From Candidatus Poribacteria bacterium (GTDB lineage: Bacteria; Poribacteria; WGA-4E; PCPOR2b): a DNA stretch of 64,000 nucleotides. The stretch spans positions 4,320,001 through 4,384,000 of the forward strand of contig OZ220744.1 in NCBI GenBank assembly GCA_965116925.1. The letters are read 5' to 3'. Made by a program: the position numbers and the translations under genes. The notes under the pieces were generated by a model. The model did no database searches, was not told where the DNA came from, and saw only the letters and a list, made by a program, of their open reading frames with translations. Positions 58,648 to 64,000 of this stretch are shown piece after piece (the first letter of the stretch is position 1; each line of letters begins with the position of its first letter).

Positions 58648-59856
58648 ATGATTTTACGTGCAAAGTATGTAATGCCAGATAGCCGCACGGTTATTGAGAA
58701 CGGTGCTGTCGCCATTCAAGGTTCAAAGATAGTCGATGTTGGACTTTATCCGACGGTTCGGAGCAGCGGCATTTCTCCGACACACGACCTCGGCGAAGCG
58801 GTGCTCACCCCCGGCTTGGTAAATGCACATACCCACCTTGATCTAACAAGCAGTGCCGATTCAGTTCAGCGTACCCCCAAATTTACCGATTGGGTATTTC
58901 AAATCGTTGGGAAGCGGACCCCTTCAGCAATAGGACCATCTGTTCGTCAAGGAGTGCAGCAAAGTCTAGCCGGTGGTGTGACGACAGTGGGAGATATCGA
59001 CGGAACCGGGAGATCCGCACAGGTTCTACGGGAGACTCCGATTCGGAAGGTGGTTTTCTTTGAGGTACTCGGTTTTTCCGGCGAACACGCTGCCACGGGG
59101 CTCGCTCGACTTGCGACGTATTTGGGTGCTCCCCCTGTTTCAGATTCGCTGTTTACGGCTGCATTGTCCCCACACGCCCCCTATTCTACATCGGCTGAGG
59201 TTTATCGTCAATGTGTCGCATCTGGCTTGTCGGTTTGCACGCATATCGCGGAAACCAAGGATGAACTTGAATTTCTCTCCAGCGGTACGGGTGCGTTTGT
59301 GGGCTACCTAGAAGCGTTTGGCATTTCAACGGCTGGGTGGCACCCTCCGCAAGCAACACCAATGCAGTATATGAAAACGTTGGATGTCTTGCACAAAAAT
59401 TCGCTCTTAGCCCACTGCAACTATCTGACTGACACAGATGTGACAACCCTCGCTGAAAGTGGTGCATCTGTGGTGTTCTGCCCGCGGAGCCACCACTACT
59501 TCTATCATGCCGATCATCCTGTCGTGCAACTGATTGAAAGCGGAATCAATGTCGCCATCGGGACGGATAGTCTAGCGAGTAATTGGTCTCTGAGTCTACT
59601 CGATGAGTTGAGGTTCCTCGCAAGTACCCAACCGTATATCCGGCCTGAAATGTTATTCGACATGGTGACCTGTAACGGCCCAAAGGCACTTGGCTTGACA
59701 CAGGTCGGACGATTGGAAAAGGATTGGCAGGCGGATATCATTGCAGTGAAAATTCCAAACGATAGTCGCCCGGCTATTGAACAGATTCTTGATAGCTCTT
59801 CTGAAAACCTATTGACGGTTGTTGGTGGACAAGTCTGTTATACATCAGATCACTAG
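58648..59856 (+). CDS. Metal-dependent amidohydrolase (nucleoside deaminase-like)
   Basis: PGLVNAHTHL, PHAPY, HIAE, AHCN, CPRS, GTDS; start moved to MILRAK. Confidence 0.88.
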   Translation: MILRAKYVMPDSRTVIENGAVAIQGSKIVDVGLYPTVRSSGISPTHDLGEAVLTPGLVNAHTHLDLTSSADSVQRTPKFTDWVFQIVGKRTPSAIGPSVRQGVQQSLAGGVTTVGDIDGTGRSAQVLRETPIRKVVFFEVLGFSGEHAATGLARLATYLGAPPVSDSLFTAALSPHAPYSTSAEVYRQCVASGLSVCTHIAETKDELEFLSSGTGAFVGYLEAFGISTAGWHPPQATPMQYMKTLDVLHKNSLLAHCNYLTDTDVTTLAESGASVVFCPRSHHYFYHADHPVVQLIESGINVAIGTDSLASNWSLSLLDELRFLASTQPYIRPEMLFDMVTCNGPKALGLTQVGRLEKDWQADIIAVKIPNDSRPAIEQILDSSSENLLTVVGGQVCYTSDH

Positions 59857-59859
59857 AAT

Positions 59860-60011
59860 AGGACTTACGCAGTTGAATGCTGAGTTTGTAGTTCAATGCT
59901 TTATCCCCAATGCGGGGCAAGATGCCCCGCCTACGATGGGTGTGGGTTCTGCCGATGCCCCGATACGCCCGATGAATCGGGCGACTACAATATGAGGTGC
60001 GTGTAAGTCCT
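59860..60011. mobile_element. MITE-like shell B (TIR AGGACTTAC/GTAAGTCCT) enclosing two REP hairpins
   Basis: Perfect 9-bp terminal IR; cargo GCGGGGCAAGATGCCCCGC-CTAC and GCCCGATGAATCGGGC-GACTAC. Confidence 0.7.
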
Positions 60012-60072
60012 GTGGCAGTGTGTAAGCCTTCCCGCTAATTCATACACAAATCACAAAAAATGGAGGAAATTG

Positions 60073-60414
60073 ATGAAAGTAAATTGGATGTTTTTTAGAA
60101 ATAGCTGAACGTCTTGTCGAAAAGCGCAAGAGTTTCTTGACGCAAACAACATTCAGGTAGACAGTCGAACGGATGCCCGTAAGCAGAAGTTGAATTCGAC
60201 CGAGGTTTGGGAGCGTATCAAAACCGCCCAATCCATTCATGTTGCTAAGGGCAAAAAGGTTGATGTTTTCGACCCAAATGCCGATTCACAAGACACCATC
60301 CTCAAGGCGATTATGGGACGAAGCGGCAATCTACGTGCACCCACGCTACAGATCGGAGATAGGTTTTTCGTTGGATTCAATGCGTCGTTATACGATGCGA
60401 TTCCAACGGCATAA
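60073..60414 (+). CDS. ArsC/Spx-like thioredoxin-fold selenoprotein (UxxC), 113 aa with Sec at codon 12
   Basis: GGAGG RBS at 60062, ATG 60073, in-frame TGA 60106-60108: MKVNWMFFRNS-U-TSCRKAQEFL...GRSGNLRAPTL...VGFN; in frame with track ORF 60190-60414. Confidence 0.88.
60124..60143 (+). promoter_or_regulatory. Candidate bacterial SECIS hairpin
   Basis: GCG-CAAGA-GTT-TCTTG-A-CGC; G-led loop starts 23 nt after the UGA. Confidence 0.6.
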
Positions 60415-60577
60415 ACGCTGCGTGATACAAACCCACGAGAACGATGGATTTCAACGAAATTGAGCGTCCAAGAGACAATTGTATCATCCGTCCCACCTGA
60501 ATACCAGCAATTTTGTGATAAAAAATCCTGACCATATCGTCTTACGTTGTTGAATCTTAAAAGGATGGATATCCACC

Positions 60578-62254
60578 ATGAAGATTGAACCTTTCAATGA
60601 GATTGACCTTGTCCGACAGACGTTAGAGGGCGATACGTCGGCGTTTGATCGGTTGGTCAAGATACACCGAACAACAATCTATGCGCTGGTCATTTCATAT
60701 ATCAAAGATCCGGCGGATGCCGAAGATCTCACACAACAGATATTTATTCGGGCATACGAGCGGTTGGCAACCTTGCGGGAGTTAGATCGCTTTCGACCGT
60801 GGCTTCAACAGATTGCACACAACACCTGCAAGGATTGGTTCCGGCGGCGAAGCGATTCGACAACCCACTTTGAGGCGGCTAACGACACAGATTTCGCTGA
60901 AGCCGCTCCATCCCCTGAAGATATTGTACTGAAGGCTGAAATTGAAACTGTTGTTCGACAGGCAATCAGTACCCTACAGGAAACCGACCGTCGACTGATG
61001 GAAGCCCGTTACATTGAAGGGGTAAGTTACGATCAGCTGCGGGTCGAATCCGGTTTATCGTATGCAGCGGTTGCCAACCGCCTCAAGCGTGCGAAGCAGG
61101 AGGTTCGCGGCCGAATCGAAAAACTGTTGGGTGGTGTCGTGATATTGCCGGGTCGAACATTTATTTTGGGGGGTATAGAAGCCGTGAAATTCTCAATGAA
61201 AGCAAAATTCGCAGCAGTCGGGGTTGCGGCGGTTATCGGAGTGAGTGGGGGTGGTGTGTTGTACCACCAGGCATTTGAATCAAATCCCGCTGCAGTAAAC
61301 GAACAGGCAATTTTAACAGCAAACGCTGTTACAGGGGATTCATCCACGAAGGGTGTACATTGGACAGATACAGTGTCGGGTAATAGTTTCCCAATGAATG
61401 GTACATCTATGCTTGAAAAGGGTGGGGCGAATCGTTCTGAAGTTTCAACAGATAGCGAAGTCGTTAATATCAAGGATATACGCAAACTGTCGAAAGGGGA
61501 TTTGCGAGAATTACCAGCGGAGGTTCTTCAACGCATAATAGAAGCCCTAGAAAACCATACTGGCAAGCCAATGACTTGGACGTTTGAAGATAGACTCGGA
61601 AAAACCATTTTCATAGAGAAGGGGTTAGAGCAGGAAATCGCGAGTAACGAACTTATTATCCCACCTCCATTGACAGAGGAGGAGTTAAAGCAGAAAATCG
61701 CAAATGGAGAAGTTACCCAGGTCACAATTAAGGGTGAGAACGGAGAAGTCACGCAGAGTTTGTTCATGCCAAAGTCCACACAACTGACAGATGAGGAAGT
61801 AGAGCAGAGAATCGCAAGTGGAGAATTAATCCGCCTACCCACCGCGGGCACTACGCCATCTACATCAACAGAGTCACAGCCAAATTCCACTCATTCTGTA
61901 TTAACCCCGTCCGATCCATCGGTTGAGTCTGTGACTACCTACCCTGAAATACCGACCCAATTTTCATCAGATGACGAGTGGGCAGAATTTGAGGAACTGT
62001 TAAACGAATTCTCAGATGAAGATTGGGCAGAATTGGAGAGACTGCTGAGAACCGCCTCGGAAGGGGAAGTGCTACAACGGGAAGAGCGGGCACCGCTCAA
62101 TGTTCAACCGCAGCAGCAGATTGAAGAAACTATCGAGGAGCCGCCTGTTGATCCATCCGTGCGACAAAAGATACAGCACCAACGGCGTCTCCCCCTTGAA
62201 AACGATACCCACGCGCTGCCCCCGAAGACAGATAGGAACATGGGGCGAAAGTAG
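60578..62254 (+). CDS. ECF sigma factor with TM helix and long C-terminal extension
   Basis: Sigma2 (DAEDLTQQIFIRAY...FRPWL), sigma4 (SYDQL...NRLKRAK), then TM AVGVAAVIGVSGGGVLY and an acidic repeat-bearing tail. Confidence 0.88.
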   Translation: MKIEPFNEIDLVRQTLEGDTSAFDRLVKIHRTTIYALVISYIKDPADAEDLTQQIFIRAYERLATLRELDRFRPWLQQIAHNTCKDWFRRRSDSTTHFEAANDTDFAEAAPSPEDIVLKAEIETVVRQAISTLQETDRRLMEARYIEGVSYDQLRVESGLSYAAVANRLKRAKQEVRGRIEKLLGGVVILPGRTFILGGIEAVKFSMKAKFAAVGVAAVIGVSGGGVLYHQAFESNPAAVNEQAILTANAVTGDSSTKGVHWTDTVSGNSFPMNGTSMLEKGGANRSEVSTDSEVVNIKDIRKLSKGDLRELPAEVLQRIIEALENHTGKPMTWTFEDRLGKTIFIEKGLEQEIASNELIIPPPLTEEELKQKIANGEVTQVTIKGENGEVTQSLFMPKSTQLTDEEVEQRIASGELIRLPTAGTTPSTSTESQPNSTHSVLTPSDPSVESVTTYPEIPTQFSSDDEWAEFEELLNEFSDEDWAELERLLRTASEGEVLQREERAPLNVQPQQQIEETIEEPPVDPSVRQKIQHQRRLPLENDTHALPPKTDRNMGRK

Positions 62255-62403
62255 GTGAGAATGTCATCTTTTACCATTTTAGGGGCAAAACCAACCGATT
62301 TTGAGGACATTTACTCGTAAAATGATAACTTTCAGAGATTAATTTGGATTTTTCAAACAGGTTCTTAGTGAAAATTCTCAAAATTGCTATAAAGGAGGAA
62401 ACA

Positions 62404-63309
62404 ATGCGATTTGTAATTGTTAGTATGCTCGGTTTAATCCTGCTTGGGTTAGGATTTCTTCTTCCCATCCAGTCTCATGCCAGCCAGTCTCATAAATTGG
62501 AGAAAACTATACCGCAGAACCAGTCTGACGTGCATAGTCCTCCTGAACCATCCCACTCTAGTACTCAGGTTACTATGAAAAAGATGTTCACTGCATTTAG
62601 GTCACCCCTTGAGAAGATAGCTCCGGACGCGGCGCGTTCCGAAATTCTTACCATTGCGAAACACCTATTCGGAGACCATCCGCTCGTTGATGAATGGGTT
62701 CTACTTTGTTTCCAACTAAGGCGCGATGGAAAAGGATCGTTTTTGGAATTGAAACGTTTTGCTGAATTGCAAATTCAAATGCTGTCAGACCTTGACGCTG
62801 AAAAACATATCCAAGAAATTGAGGCTTATCAAGTTGCCTTGGAAGAGCTAGATCGGGTCTCTCAAATTTACAAACAGGCCAAAGGAGTAAACCTCCCATT
62901 ACGTTCTCCTGAGGAACTAACTGCCTCAACTCACGGCTGGGATTCGGAAGCATTAAAGCAGCTCGTTAAATTCAACTCACTTAAGAAGACAAATCCGGAG
63001 GCAGCACGTGCCAAACTTTCGGAAATTGCCAAAATCCGGTTCGGAACTCATGACCTTATTGATGAATGGATATCACTCTATTTCCGTTTAAGTCGTGAAA
63101 AAAAAGGGGTGATTTCAGATGTGAAACGTGTGTCTGAATTGGAAATTCAAATGTTTACTGACGCTTCTGCCGAAAAGCATGCGGAACCGATAGAACAGCA
63201 TCGAAAAGCACTGAAACAATACGATGAACTTGTGAAAATACTCAAAGAACAGGGTCAAAATCCTGAAAAGGTCAAAGTGGATTTTAAATCAATCCTTAGC
63301 TATCATTGA
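62404..63309 (+). CDS. Secreted hypothetical protein with an internally duplicated helical domain
   Basis: AAGGAGG RBS, signal peptide, two copies of P.AAR..L..IAK..FG.H.L.DEW..L.F.L.R...G.....KR..EL.IQM..D..AEKH. Confidence 0.8.
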   Translation: MRFVIVSMLGLILLGLGFLLPIQSHASQSHKLEKTIPQNQSDVHSPPEPSHSSTQVTMKKMFTAFRSPLEKIAPDAARSEILTIAKHLFGDHPLVDEWVLLCFQLRRDGKGSFLELKRFAELQIQMLSDLDAEKHIQEIEAYQVALEELDRVSQIYKQAKGVNLPLRSPEELTASTHGWDSEALKQLVKFNSLKKTNPEAARAKLSEIAKIRFGTHDLIDEWISLYFRLSREKKGVISDVKRVSELEIQMFTDASAEKHAEPIEQHRKALKQYDELVKILKEQGQNPEKVKVDFKSILSYH

Positions 63310-63615
63310 CAGTCAATCAGTCGAAACGACCAAACTAGCAGCTAGTAGAGGCAGGGTTATTAACAGAAGTCTTTAGTTGGCATATAATCTGTGCTGATGC
63401 TGGCTATCGCGGAGAATTAGGCGGCTGGTTATATATGATGCATCAGTGTCGATTGGAATCCCGATATATCGGGACAGGATTTGTCGTCGTCCCCTTACGT
63501 TGGATTGTGGAGCGCACCTTTTCTTGATTCGGTTGCTTTCGCCGATTGACTGTGGACTATGAACGTTCTGCTGAAACCGCTGAAGTAATGGTGTACATTT
63601 TGAAACACCAGTCAT

Positions 63616-64000
63616 TTAAATATTCGATTTTGACTGACAACCATCGACGTTGAGACACGCACCGGTGACGAGGCCTGCACGGTCAGAGGCGAGGAACACC
63701 ACCACATCCGCTACCTCTTCAGGTTTTCCAAACCGACCTAGCGGCATATCGCTTTCGACGAATGCAGCGATCCCTTCTGGATCTTCGTTTTGCCGCCGCT
63801 CCCAGCCGCCGCCGGGGAATAGAATTGAACCGGGGGCAACGCTGTTGACGCGGATGTTATCCTTGGCAAGCTCACCCGCGAGAGACTTCGACATGCTGAT
63901 CTCTGCTGCCTTTGCCGCATTATAGGTGATATGTCCACCGCCCTCTCGTCCGTAAATTGATGAGATGGTGATGATAACGCCGCCTCCTTGCGCCTGCATT
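63616..64000 (-). CDS. Short-chain dehydrogenase/reductase (5' end outside window)
   Basis: YNAAK catalytic motif, IRVNSVAPG, PLGRFGKPEEVA, VDG. Confidence 0.93.
   Translation of the reverse strand, partial: MQAQGGGVIITISSIYGREGGGHITYNAAKAAEISMSKSLAGELAKDNIRVNSVAPGSILFPGGGWERRQNEDPEGIAAFVESDMPLGRFGKPEEVADVVVFLASDRAGLVTGACLNVDGCQSKSNI

Noticed and set aside
63373..63615. 80-aa ORF directly after the SDR gene
   Set aside because: No recognisable domain and atypical composition; unsupported.
1..64000. Numerous 60-230 aa ORFs overlapping annotated genes; tRNA or rRNA genes
   Set aside because: Overlapping ORFs are antisense or alternate-frame shadows with no motifs; no cloverleaf or rRNA signature seen by eye, though a tRNAscan or Rfam run was not possible.

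Overview
A 64-kb bacterial chromosomal segment from a diderm heterotroph. The gene mix (sulfatase, three PhyH-family dioxygenases, two Gfo/Idh/MocA oxidoreductases, glycosidase-like proteins, an ECF sigma factor with a membrane-anchored extension, dense short intergenic repeats) resembles Candidatus Poribacteria; this is an inference, not a database result. Housekeeping genes are a double-length uvrA, mfd, accD and an outer-membrane biogenesis cluster (LptD-like protein, SurA-like protein, two further parvulins). Accessory content is two complete IS elements with visible TIRs and TSDs (IS1 family, ISAs1 family), two toxin-antitoxin pairs and an arsenite methyltransferase. Most notable observations: (1) an ArsC/Spx-like selenoprotein truncated in the ORF track, with an in-frame UGA in a UxxC motif and a SECIS-like hairpin; (2) a cold-shock domain fused to two Hfq/Sm-like domains; (3) an LptD-like barrel with about 400 aa of apparently nested parvulin domains inserted; (4) an orphan protein with VTC/CYTH-like motifs, possibly two tunnel domains; (5) modular repeats in which several inverted-repeat shells enclose interchangeable GTAG-type REP hairpins, one of them nested; (6) a PhyH-family enzyme with an HxG halogenase-type motif. 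I saw no rRNA, tRNA or CRISPR array. All family assignments come from motif recognition by eye.
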